The notes beneath the pieces were generated by a model, which saw only the letters and a list, made by a program, of their open reading frames with translations, searched no databases and had not been told where the DNA came from. The position numbers were made by a program, and so were the translations under genes. Shown piece after piece: positions 12,900 to 26,105 of a DNA stretch of 64,000 nt. Position 1 is the first letter of the stretch. Each line of letters begins with the position of its first letter. Location of the stretch: positions 1-64,000 of the forward strand of contig DF237067.1 in NCBI GenBank assembly GCA_000708835.1, read 5' to 3'. The DNA comes from Klebsormidium nitens. Lineage: Eukaryota; Plantae; Klebsormidiophyceae.

Positions 12900-14228
12900 C
12901 CGACGTGCCTTTGGAACGCCGACGTGCTGACCGCCGGCGATGCCTCCCCGCCCCCGTGTGTGCAAAGGGCTGGCATAGAGGCCCGGGCCTGCGGCGGGAG
13001 CGGACGATGAGAGGAAGCTCGAGAGTGCCGCTGATGGACGCCCGACCTTCGAGGACTCATCATGCACGGCCGTTTGCTAGCTTTGACACCCGAGGCTGCA
13101 GCGGTAAGCACGAGGAAACCATACAATGCAGCTTGGGCACAGCACGATCCTAGACCTCCACTAAAGCGAGGGCATTGCTCCTGAGGCGTCAATAGCTCCG
13201 CAGTGACGGGCTACACGTGATCAGGAGAATTGGTGGATAACCAAGAAGCAACACTCTCAAGATTGAGAAGTCACGCTGCCTTTCCAGTAGCCAGTGTTAT
13301 GAGTAATACAGAAGTGTTGAGTTAGCCTTGCTTTCCAACCGAAGCAGGCATCATATATGGTCCTACCGTAAGCATATTGAATGCTATTCATGTCGCGAAC
13401 TTCAGAACGTCTATCCTGACGCATATCCAATGCTACTTAACTTCGCCCTGGTTCATCCATAACAAAGAAATTGTATGGCGGCGCAGCCGACAAGAATATT
13501 GCAGACTGCATTCGATATTGCCGATCCATGCTGCACATGCATCGCCGGCCCGGCATGTTGGATCTTCTCGGCTTTGGTTGGAATGAGCTGTAACACAGTA
13601 AGATTCTGAGTAACCATAGTTGATTCCGAGTGACCATACTTTGAAGCATGACTTTATGAGTTTGCCAAAATCGTCACCGAGAAGGATTGCGTATAACTAG
13701 CTTCTAGCTGCCCCGCAAGTATCCCATGCAAAATTGATTCGTAATTGAAAACCTTTAGGAGGAAGTCTCGTCCCACATACTTAAAGTTCGCCATTATAGA
13801 CACTCACTAGAGTCCTGATAGAGACCCTTCTCTTATAGCATATCTAAGCTACGCTTGAGATCGATCAAAACTGCACGGCTCCCTGCGCCGGCAGATTCTC
13901 CAGCATTAACCGCATCATCTTCTCTAGAACGAATTGTACCCTGGTGTCCCCTGTGCTTGTAAGGACGGTGATGTGATTTGTTACAAAGATTGTTCTGAAT
14001 ACCAAAGCCCTAAACTATCGGCGATGCGAGAGCCTGAAATTCCGATGCGTAATTTTTTCTCCAATTCGCATAGAACACTTCTGACCTGCCACCTTGTTTT
14101 TATGTGGGTCGATCCTCCTCTCAAAACAAGTCGAGGTGAGAGGGAAGGGCCGTGCCAACGCAACCTTGAATGCCTGCCCACTCTCTTGTGGCGTCCCTTC
14201 CTCCCCCCGGGGGTGACCTAGCCTATTG

Positions 14229-17200
14229 TCACTCCAGGCGAATTGGCCATCCTCTTTGGTCGTACACGATTGTAACTGGTTGGCCTCCTTGGTCCAGAGA
14301 CCTTCGGCCAGCCTGCAAGTGGTTATAAGGGATATTTTTGTGGGACGGAGCATCGACTCGACCACTGAAGGGCGAACTTCTAGTCTCTTCTAGGCGGCTG
14401 CTTGTCGGCTCTTATGGCCGATAGCAACTTCCTCCAAACGTGTTTCCAACAGGGGGTTCGCCATGCCTCTTTCTGCCGGTTCTGCCTTGTTTCCCCCAGA
14501 CACGCAAATCTCCACGGTGCGCACTCACCTCGAGGACGGCGGTGACGCGCGCGGTGCCGTCAAGAGTGGCCAGCACGCCCTCCGCGGCACAGTCGGCCAC
14601 GCTGCGGGTGCCTGCGTTGATGGCGGCAGCGCGCTCCAAGAACTCGGCGATGCTGCGGTAGCCGTACCCGAGCTGCCCCGCAAAGTGGCCCGACGGAGAT
14701 GGCGTGTACTGCACAACAGGCACACAGAGGTGCTGGGAGGAGCGGCAGAGGGGCCTCACATGCAAATGGCGGCCAGACCGTCATCAACCCCAACGGTGAG
14801 GAAAACGCAAAGCCGGGGTAGGGAGGGGGGGCGCGCACCTTCATGTAGAGAGGGTTGAGGGTGGCGAAACCAGCGGCGTCCGTTGCTGTGGTGTAGCCGC
14901 GGTGGGCCTGGTCCACGCGCAGCTCGCCCTGCACCGCAGCGGCAGCGTCACCACGAGGGAGAGGCCGCCAGGGAGCAAACAGGATGCCGCAGCTCACAAC
15001 ATGGCAGCCCAGGAGAGCACAGACGAGGGGGGCTTGCGACGGGCGGGCCAAATGCGGGCCAGTGTCTAGGTATTACGGAAACGAAGAGGCGGCCGGTGCA
15101 CCTTGTGGCCCATGTAGTGGAAGCCCTGCTGCGTGTGGCAGTCGGCCGGGGGCGCAATCTAGCACAAGGCGGACAGCAGATGAGCCGGAGCAGAAAAGGT
15201 AGCACAAGGAGCCGCAACAGCTTGGAAATACAGTTCCAAGGACCTGCTCTCCGAGGCTCCTCGATATATTCACTAACGAGGGGGAAGGGGTGGGGTGCAC
15301 CTCACCCAGGAGGCCATGTAGACTGCGGTGCCGTGTGTGCCGTCGGTGTTCTCCCACTGCACCTGCAGCAACGCCATCGCGGGTGCCAGTCAGTGCACTT
15401 GAACCAGGGCGGCCGCACGGCAAACATGTCGCAGCTCAGACCTGCTGGCAACAACCTAAGGGAGGGCAAGCGAGGTTGGGGGCGGGCTGCGGGGCCTCAC
15501 GAGCAGCGTGATGGTGTCCTCCACGGAGCGGCCCAGGCGCGCGGAGGCCACTCCGTCGCTCGCGGACGCAGTGACGCGCACAGGGCGCGAGGCTTCGCCC
15601 ACAGCCCACGAGTGCAGGTCTGCAGGCGAGGGGGAGCACGGGGGCAGACTCAGACACGGGTGGACAACATGCTCGGCATAGGCGAGCAGGGAGTCTGCAA
15701 ATGGGGGCATTTGGGGTATGCTCGCAGGCCGTCGATGATGCTCTGCCGGTGAGGGGCGAAGTGCCGAACCGAATTGAGTCTGTGCCATGGAGCGCTGAAT
15801 CGATGCCAGCACCAGGGAAAGGGCTGGAGCTGGGCGTGCCCCTGGGGCCCCCGTCTCACCGATGTGGTGCGAATTGAGGTAGTAGCTGATGTCGGAGCTC
15901 TTGCCGGCCCAGCCTGCGAAGGTGTCGAGCTGCTTCTTGGGCTGCGTCATGGTGCTGGAGAAGAACGAAAAGGGGCCCAGCGCAGGGATGCGCGCGCGCG
16001 CATCTGCACACACCAACCATCGTGTCGCTCAACCTCTGGTCCTCTCGGGGCTGGCCACTACGCGCTGAGAGGCAAAGTTAGGAGCGATTTGCTCAAGGGA
16101 CAGGTCGGCAGAAACCGAAGATGCCTTTGAAGGTTGGAGAGGGGGTCCTGACCTGCATAAATGGGGTCGAAACGCTTATGATACTCCACAGCGACCAGCA
16201 CGCCCGCCTCCCTGCACAGACAGGCGAGGAGTTGACATGGTGTGAGGGCGCCACGCGAGCTACGCACGTTCATGCCAAGAAAGAGCGAGTCCGTTCCTGG
16301 GTTCAGCTTGGGGACCCAGTCACGCCAGGAGCCAGCATTAGATTCTTGACCATTTGTCTGAAGCATGCCATAGCGCCGGTGCCACGGGTGGGCGCAGTGC
16401 GGTGTACCTGGCGGCCTGGGTGAGCTGGAGGTGGTGCGCCAGGGTCTGCACCGCGGGCTTGGCCAGCAGCACGTGCAGGCCTGCAGAGAGGAGCAGCAGC
16501 GCTGACAGGCCGCGCAACAGCAAGGACGAGGCAGCCAGAGTGGGGGACCAAGGGGACAGCCTAGAGTCTAGGGGGCGAACGCGCATGCTCGAGCTGTCAC
16601 TCTAGCTGCAAACGATTCAGGAATGGGCCCCTGGCGACAAGTAACACGGGAGGGATTTGATGTGGGAAAGTAGATCCCGCATCATCGGGCAAGGTGATCT
16701 AGCAGCGCTTGCCGCAGTCGTTTGACGGGCAGCTTAAAGAACTAGAGCACAGTCCTGGCAAGTGGCAGCTCACCATGTCGAATGCACTCAAGGGCGATCT
16801 CAAAGTGGGTGTCGTCTGCAGAGGACAAGCCAGCAGCAGCCAAGGTCACAAGAGGCGGCAAAACAGAAGGGGCCGGACTGTGCAGCCTGGGTCCTCGTAC
16901 AGTCACAAGGTGCCACAACAACCACAGACAAAGGGCCTTTGTGGCGACAGAGGGGGAGCGTCACCTGGCGTGAAGATGGTGGCCCTGCAAAGGGAAGGAG
17001 GAGCGGGGCTGGGGACTTGCCAGGCCATGGGCCTTTGCACTGCTCTCAAAATTGGAAAGTGGGGGTACTGCCAGTGAAAGGGCAGGGTTCCTGCCTGTGG
17101 GCTACACTTCATACACTTTTTAAGACGAAGGTCACTTCCTTTGCCGAGGTATGCTCTCAAATTCGCATATGCGGCTGCCGCTCACATGTCTCCCCGCTTC

Positions 17201-18018
17201 ATCTTTGCGATGGCGCCTTTGTAAGCATGCCGGTCAAACGGAGCTCCGTCTGCGCGCATGAGAGAGGCGGGCCTCAGCTCCTTGAGTAGACTGCATCGCA
17301 GCGCACTGACCCCAGACCAAAAGCAAGAAGGACAGATCCCAACTTTTATAGGCAGCCCAGCCAATCCAAGGTCAAGTTGCTCGCCACTCACCTGGCGGAT
17401 GAGTTTCTAGTGTCGTATCCAAATCCTTATACACTTCACCAATTTTCCTGCGGATGTTTTCTCTGATGGCAGGCAAGCGCTTGCCTGAGGCATCGCACAG
17501 GACCTGCGCAGGAAAGGGGCACTGGAAGGCGTGAGGCAGCGAGGGGCCACTACCGCATGGTGGGCGAGGGGGCCAGCTAAGAGTTGGAAGGACAGCTGAA
17601 ATGCAGCGTGACTGTAGCTTCATTACAATAAGCACTCAAATCGGTGGTCAAGACGAGTGCGTATCAAGCCCAGAGTGCGCCAAGACAGAGCACAGTGTCC
17701 GTCTCTGCCAATTTGCAGGCTGGGCGAGCCCATGGCCCTCTCACCAGGCGGCGAACTTTCCCAAATCTTCTCAGGTCAAATAAGGTGATGGCAATCACGC
17801 CTGCCGGCTTGTCACTAGCGGCACCCTCAGCTGTTGGGACGTACCCTGCAATGTGAAGCTCTAGGTATCAGCGCCAGCTGGTACAAATGTCAACGATGGA
17901 CGAGCAGCAGACATGGAAGGCCAGGGCCCCTGCGGCCTCTCCAAGGCTGCAAGGACTGCATTTCTGCGGTACCCTCACCTGCCGTGTACTCGCCAGCACC
18001 CACCATCAAGACGTCCAT
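14229..18018 (-). CDS. Gfo/Idh/MocA-family oxidoreductase, D-galacturonate reductase GaaA-like; many exons
   Basis: Spliced [14 protein letters not shown]|[110 protein letters not shown]|AGRRSLD...PIRLE* (stop 14229-14231). Checked splice phases are consistent. Confidence 0.85.
16965..16984 (-). other. 20-nt micro-exon of the oxidoreductase
   Basis: ttgcag|GGCCACCATCTTCACGCCAG|gtgac; its phases join GAC AT| to |AC GAC to give the conserved ATIFTPD. Confidence 0.85.
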
Positions 18019-18038
18019 CGCTCCGGATGTAATTGAGC

Positions 18039-18047
18039 AAACCCTAA
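18039..18047 (+). promoter_or_regulatory. Telo-box AAACCCTAA about 20 nt upstream of the oxidoreductase ATG
   Basis: Exact 9-mer match; function not demonstrated. Confidence 0.3.
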
Positions 18048-19045
18048 TTTGGTAGTTAGATTGTCAACCGCCAATGCCGCACCAAACGCTAAAACTGCAT
18101 CAAACCTAAGTCAAACCTGACGTCTGCAGCACTGGACCCCTGCCACAGTAGCATGGGCAGCCGCCTGACGCCCATCTTGCAGTGTGCATAGCCGTAGGTA
18201 CCCTATTTCCCTGCCACCTCGCTCTCCTAGCCCCATTGCATTGCTGGCACCAGCACTAGCGGTCGCAGCGGCGCTAGCAGATCCACAGTGGTGCAACACC
18301 TGCCACATGCGAGGGCCTGTACCTAGATTCCGGTACAATCGCTGGCGTCTCGAATTTGAATTCGCCCTGCCGCAACGGGCGCTCAAACCTGTCGTCCAAT
18401 GATATTTCTTCAAAATCTGGGTGTAATCTCCAGCGTGTCGCTTCGAGACTTGCTGATTGGTTCCCAAGTGTTATTGAATCTGTGTATCCGCATCGGCGCC
18501 GGAGAAGCTTCCTCTTCGCGATTGCGCAAACGGGCAGCCCTCCACTCGGGACCCGCAGCTGTACAGCTGGACTGGTCAAGGCGCTAGCGGAGAAGGCCCA
18601 TGGCGGCGGCCACAGCCACGCCTCTGGCAGTACTTGATGGGGCGAGCAACGCCTGGCACTCGCAGGGGGACATGTTGCTGGCCGGCTTGGACTAGGGGGG
18701 CATCCTGCTCGCTAGGTACTTTCACTCGGTCTTTAACAAGAGCAGGGCGGGGGCCTGTGCTTGGGGGTGCTGAACACTATCTTGGTCGAGGGTTTGAGCC
18801 TACCAAGTTCTGCAGTGTTTCAACTGTTAGGCAGTTGCCACCATGGAATTTCCTCCACAGACATTGGCTGCGGGGTGCAATATCCGCTGAGAGACTCTTT
18901 GGCCCTAAAAATTTGCGCAAGTATCATCTGTTAGAAATGAGACCTTAGCTCTGCTGCCTTGCAAAGCTGACTCGCACAGAAAAGAGTCTCTGGCTTCAGG
19001 ACACACGTGCTATAATTTCACAAGGCCCAGAAAGCAAGGGAAGCA

Positions 19046-22000
19046 ATGTCAGAAGCCGGGACTGAGCTCAACTTGAAGCTGCTGGGTAAGGAGCTAGGGT
19101 TCTCCTATGTGTTGGTGGCATGGGGTGCCAATAGAGCTGGCTTAAATAACATGGAATTGCTGGCACCTTGAGCTAGTCCCTCAATTCTAATAAGGGCTTG
19201 AGCTGCCAAAAGTCTTTCAACGTTTGAGCCTCGGATGCAACGTTAGATGCGATGCAGCAGCCAGGCTGCTTGCTTTCTTGTGCGTTGGAAGACCTTTTTT
19301 GCTGGTTGCTGTAAAGCGCGCACACAGTGGTGCTCCAATCAGCAGGGCGGTAGCATTAGGCATGGAGCAGACTCTCACTTACCCTGAGCCAAGCATACAT
19401 TGTCGATTTTTCGGTGCTATTGAGGAAACGGCATTCCAACCGTGTACAGTAAGGACAATTCGCCACCGGCTTGGCAGGCTCATCAGCATGTGGTGGACAA
19501 TTGTGAATGCTTTACCACTAAATCGCTTCTCAACCTGGGACTTCAGGAGCGGAGGTCGGTGAATTGCCAGGGATGACGGCAGGGGGCCAAAGGGAGAGCA
19601 TTGACAATGATGAGGTGAGGCACGGAATGCCTGACCGTGACAGGATGAGTTGTGTCACCTCTGGTCTTCCATGAGCAGATGGAAGGTTGGGAAGCTTACG
19701 CCCAAAGTGCAGCGCCTTCGTTGCGGAGCAGTAGTAGGGGAAAATCTGTGACCTGCTGCTTGTTGTTTTTGTTCAGAGCAAGGTGACGCTGGGACTGGGC
19801 AGTGGAGAGGACCAAGATCAGCCAGGTGAGGACAAGCATCGCGTTTGCGGAGAAAATCATTGGACTCTCATCCTGTTTTGAGTCTCTCAATCATGCTCGT
19901 ACATGTTCAGCTGATGCGGTTGTCCAATTGCCTGCCCTCATGCGCGTGCTCTGCTAGCTGATGCACTACGCCCTGCTGTGCCCAGGCTCGCTGACATCGC
20001 TGGAGCAGGAGCTGCTCACGCTGGGGGCGCAACCACAGGACGCGCCGCAGGTGAGGCAGGGAGGGACGGGCCAATGCAGGATGCAGACAGTGGTGAAGCG
20101 ATGATCCACCTTGGGCAAGCTCAGCTTATGCTCCCAGAATTTGTCAGCGGTTCCCACATAACATGCTCGAGTGGGTCCTATCAGGCAGCTAGTGGCATTA
20201 GCCTGATGCCGACCTCTATTGAAACTCGAAAAGGTTCTGGCTGGGAAGGCCTAGTCACAGACTCGCTTCAAGCGACAACTGCACGGAAGTAGGCCAAAAC
20301 TGGTGTCCTTGTTGCAGATGCTCCCTTCGGACCTGGCTGGATCCTTGGCTGGATCATCGGTGGAGCAGGCAATTGCAGCGGAGGAGGCCGTTCCGGGGGA
20401 GGGTGCGCAGGCGGGGCAGGCGGCAGGCAGGGGGAGTGCCGGGGGGCAAGTGCCTGTAGGCATGGGGGCGCCCGACTACTCCCATGCAGGAATGCAGCCG
20501 CAGGAGTATGGCGCCGGTGACTACAATCATTATGGGGCCCAAGTCAAACTGGAGGACAACAGCAGGAGGGGCCACCAGGAGATGCCTGCGGACAGCGGCG
20601 CTGCGGGAGAGGCGGGAGTGGGAGGGAAGCGGCCACTGGAGGGGGCGCACGCGGGGCTGGGGCTGAGCCGGCAGAGCACGGAGGAGAGCCTGGGGCGGCA
20701 CATGGAGGGGGGCCGCGAGGGGGAGGACGGCGGGACAGAGGGCGAGGAGCAGGAGGGGCGCGGGCAGGGCAACAAGAAGCAGCGCCTCGTGTGGACCGCC
20801 GAGCTGCACTCGCGCTTCATGAACGCCGTCAACCACCTGGGGGTCAAGAGTGAGCGCACCAGCCAAGCCCCCCCGGTGCACGGCTAGCATGGCCACAGGC
20901 AGTCGGGCCAGCCTGTGTGTGCGGCTGCCCTCGTCATGGCTGAATGGCGCGAGCCAGTGCCCCGGATGTCATTTACTGGCTGCTCTGGGTGCCGCCTATG
21001 CGGCAAGGTGCAGTCGTGCGTGTGGTTGTGCGCCTCCGTTGTCGCAGCGTGGGGGTGTGACCTGCGTGCTGCATGTGTGCAGATGCTGTGCCCAAGACCA
21101 TTTTGCAGCTGATGAACGTGGAGGGCATGACTCGCGAGAACGTGGCTAGTCACCTCCAGGCAAGCGCCCCCGCACCCGCACGCCCACCTCATCATGCCTG
21201 CCTCTGCGTACGCAGCATGACACACCCGCATATCTTGATGCCTGGTCACTGTCTCTCCGGTGCGCCAGTGTTGATTGCGCGGCTGCGCGTGGCGCTGCTG
21301 ACACTGTGCTGGCCGCGGCGGTGCAGAAGTACCGGCTGTACCTGAAGCGCCTCGCGGGGCTGCCTCCCAACGCGCGCCTCTCCCCGGAGCTGGTGCAGGG
21401 CGGCTCCCACCTGTACCCGTACGTGCACCAGCCGCACGAGGTGCCGCCGCCCATGATGATGGCCCCCCCGCTGCACCAGGTGAGCACACCGCGCAGTGCT
21501 CCAGCCTCAGCCACACTGAACGTCCAGAGCCAACATTCACTCCCAATGCGAACGTATAGGACGCGGCAGACTCGGAGGTAGAGAAGAAGTTGTTTTTGTA
21601 TCTGGCTGTCGCTTGCATGACTGACTGCACGGACAGATCCCTCCACGCAACGTCTCTGATTACAAGGCTTCCGAGCAGGGTGCTTCTTCTCGGTGCGAAC
21701 AACACTTGCGTTCAATTGAGCTGTAGTCTTGAGTGTGTCTCAAGGCTTGTTCTTGGTGTTCTGACGAGAGGCCGGTACCAAAGTCTTCAACTCCTGTCGT
21801 GTAGCGCTATTATCGTTGATGTGCAAAACGGCCACCCTTCAGAGAGACAGTGAACTGTGGCGGGGTGTGCCGTTGACCTTTGCCTCTCGGTGGTCAGGGC
21901 TATCCCCCCCATGGTGCTCCCTACTACCCCCCTCCCCATCGCACCGACACTGGCGGGCCTCCTCTGATGGGCAGCCCCGCCCCTGCCTCCGGCGATGCCT

Positions 22001-22620
22001 CTGCCCCTGGCCCCAAGCCGGGAGAGGGCCGTAGCGGTGAGGCGGGCGCTCCGCCGTACCCTGCCCCCATGGGGAGCATCCCGCCGTCGCCGCCCCACTT
22101 CGGGTACACCCCCGAGATGTATTCTAGCTTCAGCTCCATGGCCCACGGCGGCTGGCACCCCCTCCCCGGGCCAGGCCCTGGCCAGCCGCAGCCGGGGCAG
22201 TACCGCACCGCCGACCCGCTGCCGGGCTCGCCTGCGCCGCCTGGGCAAGGGGCCCAGTACTCTTCGCCGGGGGGAGGCCACTACAGCGGCCCTGTGGGGG
22301 GGTCCATGTACAACGCGGGGGCAGGCGCGGTGGCAGGGGTCGGCTCTCCTGCCCCGCTGCAGGGCAGCGCTTACGGGTATCAGGGCGCAGCGGGGGGGCA
22401 TTACGGCAGCCCTGGTATGGGCAGCCCGGGGGGAACAGGGTCGCCGCCGTCGGCACAGCGAGGCTCCGCGCCCGCAATGCAGCAGTACGCGGCCCCAACG
22501 TGGCAGCAGGACCCCCCTGGGGGCGGGTTCGGCCAGCAGTTCTGGATGCAGCCTGCAGCGCAGGACTGGCAGCAGAAGAGATGGCCGGACGCGGGGCAAC
22601 CGCAGCAGAGAAAGTGGTGA
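19046..22620 (+). CDS. LUX: GARP/Myb (SHLQKYR) transcription factor, LUX/PCL1-like; start codon inferred
   Basis: KKQRLVWTAELHSRFMNAVNHLGVK|NAVPKTILQLMNVEGMTRENVASHLQ|KYRLYLKRL, with the NAVPKTI signature of the LUX clade. No receiver domain seen. Phase-consistent 5' exons at ~19046-19085, 19549-19613, 19777-19825, 19987-20051 and from 20318. Pro/Gly/Gln-rich last exon 21898-22620. Confidence 0.8.
21160..21326 (+). other. Non-canonical GC-AG intron inside the GARP recognition helix
   Basis: CTCCAG|gcaagc...gtgcag|AAGTAC is the only join that restores SHLQ-KYR. Confidence 0.85.
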
Positions 22621-24023
22621 ACAGCGGGGGAGGAGCAGTCCCACCGAGATCGAAGCGAGATCAGAAGTACATTCTTTGACGGCCCAGCGCGGGAGCTGTC
22701 GTGCATTTGGAGATGCGCTCCGAATGGTTGGAAATGTTCAGTAGTTAGGTTGAGTCGGGCAGGAATCAGGTCTTCCTGTCGTGTGTGCTTATCAGGGGTG
22801 ATCAAGTCCACACTTGGGCTCGCTGCTAACATGATGTGTCTTGACGACCGGGCCCGGTGGTCGCTCCTTCGAGTGTGTGTGTGTGGTTTGATTTAAGTTA
22901 CTCCAGGCTTTGTGAGGAGCAGTGCCAACGCTAGCTTACCACGTCCATGTGGAAAACATTACTGTAATCTGTTGATATAAATCAGTCACAGGCTCACATC
23001 CGGTTAAGTTTACCGGATTTACCGTCTTCTCCAAGTGTCGTGCATAACATAAACGCAAAACATGGTTCCCCGGAAGAAAGTTCCCATCGTTTCGGCTTCA
23101 GCCGGATTCGCAACCAAAGCATGTTTGTGTGCTCCATGTTGGAGACAGCCTGTTACCCCTAAATGATTCCGCGTGTATATATCGTGTAGCGCCATGACAT
23201 GCGCACCAACCCGGATACCAGCATGTTGCATGTGCGCCAACGCTGCAAAGAGCTACTAGGCTAGCTTGCAATTGGCGTAGAAGACTAAAAGCTCCCGTGC
23301 ACCCACCTAAACTGGCAATGCGCGATCGACATGAGCACATGTTAATTATTGCGTGCATGCAACTTTCATCCAATTGCGTAACGGTTCGCCAAGTTCGACC
23401 TCAATTTTCCGACAATCTCATTCTCATGCAACCCGGAAGAGTTTCTGCATGTGTGCATAGCTCTGAGAGCTGCACATGTGACCTAGATGATATACCTATA
23501 GCCGCACAGAATATCGCATAATCACATTGGTGCAGATAAGCAATATTATACACCATGTGATTCCTGTCACGCTTTCTCCTCAAAAGGCAAGTCAGACATA
23601 CAAGGATTTGAATCTTAACATACTGATTGACTGAAGGGCTGATTGACTGAAGGGCACCTGCCGCATGCCAATGACGATCAATTGGTGCGGGCAACCTCAT
23701 TCGTTATATTTGTCCGGGTGTCAGGCTGGTCGAGCCGCCAGGGAGTCATTGTCAGACGGTTTCGACAGATGGTGGCTACAATATGCCTGCGGCACATGTT
23801 TTTCAGAGTCCAATGCTTTAACCTTACTGCCACAAGCGTCCTCTTCCTCGGATCAGCGAGGCTCGAACAAGGGAAAATTTTATCGCAGTGCGTATGCTCG
23901 CCACGTGGACATCCCTTGTCGACGGTCGTTGGTTTGAACGGGGCAGAGCCACTGGATTCCGGAAGCGGTCCGCCGAAGGCTCATCACGGTGTGGAGGAGG
24001 CCGGGTGCAGCACGGCCGCGGCG

Positions 24024-25938
24024 TCAGTCTGCCCAGCGGATGATGGAGCCGAAGAGGAAGTGCTGCATGATGGGCAGCTTCTCGAGCACCTCCGCGCGGT
24101 ACATCTTGAGCAGCCCGCTCGCAATCTTGGCCCACGTGGGCACGCCGCTGATGTCGTTCAGCATCGGCGAGTGCTCCCCCAGCGGGCCCTTCTTCACCGT
24201 CTTCACGAACTGCAGCACCGCCGCAGGAACAACATCAGGGCCACCTGCCTCTGTCAGCGGCCCTTCGAGCTGCGGGACAGCGTCTGCCGTGCAGCATACG
24301 AAGGGTCCGCGTCCTCTGCAGAACTGGGGTGTTGGCTGACAACTGTTTCGCAGCAACGGGCAAGGTCGCGGCGTGTGCGGGGGGCGCGCTGACCTGGACT
24401 GCCTGGAAGTAGAGGTAGTCGTGTTGGAACTGCGCGAGCACGTCGGGCGTGTGGATGCTCTTGGGCCGCAGGTACTTGTGGCCCGTCAGCTGCGCTGCGC
24501 CAAACACAAACGGCAAAAACTGGTAGTCGTCCAGGCCCCACACGCCATGCGACCCCGCCGGCTCCAGCCAGTAGCGCAGCTGCAGAGTGCGCATCAGCGA
24601 CAAGTACTGCGCACCACAAAACAGACACGGGGGGTCAGGCTCAGGTCAGGTACGGAGGGCAGAGACGGGGGGTGAGAGGAGCAGTCAACGGTGGCCCTGT
24701 CCTCAATGCGGACACAATGACAGCATGTGCACACCAGAGGCAAAGGACTGGGTCGAACCAGGGAGCCGATTGTAGGCTCTGGCACGACTTGGATCACTTT
24801 TAAGAATGAAGTTGGACAGCAACACCTGAACTGGTCAGGGGTTGACGGCCCCGCAACCCCTCATCGAGAGTTACATGAACTGCCGTGCCTTGATTGGCAG
24901 CTCGTACATCAGCATATCTACTGAGCGTCCAGGCGTCAGCCCATCTCACTTGCTCTCTCGAGCTTCTTTTCCGGCCCTGCAACTCAAAGAACGAATCTGG
25001 AGCGGAACATAAGCCTTTCAATGTTCATGTGTATTCTTGACTCCGTTCCGAATTTCCTGTGCATACTCAGAGCATGCAAGGCCGGAATTTCTCACGCTGT
25101 TGAAGACGCGAAGCACGATGGCCGGGTAGTCCGCCTCTGTGAGCACGCCCAGCCGCGCCAGGCAGAAGAGCCACGCCGCAAAGTTGGCCTCGTGCCCTGC
25201 ACCGCCACCAGTGCCACGTGAGACCAGCACAGACCAGAGCTCGAGTCGCTGCGGCAGTCCGTAAACCTCTGGAGAAGCTCACACATATGGAGATGCTCAG
25301 ACGATTTGCAAGCCCCTGACCCCAATGGCTACACCGCCTCTGACGAATTTAGCACGAGGGCATAGTGCGGGGTGCTCACCTGTGCCGTAGTCGATCCTGG
25401 AGCTGTTTCCGAAGCTGTCCAGCAAGTAGGGCCCCAGCTCGCCCGCCGCTCCGGCCAGGTGTGCGGGCAGCACCGCGGCATGCAGCTCCCCCACGTGGGC
25501 CTGCAGCTGCTCCTGCCAGAAGCGGTACGCCGGGTTGCCGTAGCGCGCCTGCTGCTGCGCCGGGGGGATGTCCTCCACCCATGCGGCCAGTCTTTCGAGC
25601 ACCCCCACAATGGCAGCGCACGTGGGGGACAGAGGGCACTCGTCGCTCAGCTTGCGGTCCTCCACTGCGCGGCTCAGGCTGGCGATGAAAGCGAGGAACA
25701 GCTGGCCCGAGTGCGAGCGCGCAAACGTCTCAAGGCCCTCGCGGCTGGTGATGCGCTTCTGGGGGAGCACAAAGTCGTGGGGCAGGGCCACCACGGGCAG
25801 CGGCCCTGCCAGGGGCGCCGGCGGGGGGCCCAGCGGCCCCGAGATGGGGCCATGCACGGCAGCGCCAGGGCCAGGAGCAGCCCCGCCAGCCCAGGGAGCA
25901 GCCGTGGGGGGCTGGAAGGAGCCACTGCCGGGCTGCAT
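24024..25938 (-). CDS. PTPA: Phosphotyrosyl phosphatase activator (PP2A activator, PTPA/Rrd family)
   Basis: [44 protein letters not shown]|[91 protein letters not shown]. Confidence 0.95.
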
Positions 25939-26105
25939 TCCTTGGGGCCACAAGGAGGGGTGCGCTGCCTTGACGAGCTGCCGGAGCGGCAGCTGAGCCA
26001 CACAGCCTTGCCGCGCTTGTGACCGTCGCAGAGGATGCCCTCTAAGAGTACACCGGATGCACAGTGCTGGGGGACGGGCCTACAGCAGGCTAAGAAAAGC
26101 CGGCT

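Noticed and set aside
18390-18420. Evening-element or CCA1-site-like words (AAATATCA, AAAATCT) near the LUX-like gene
   Set aside because: Only partial matches; expected by chance.
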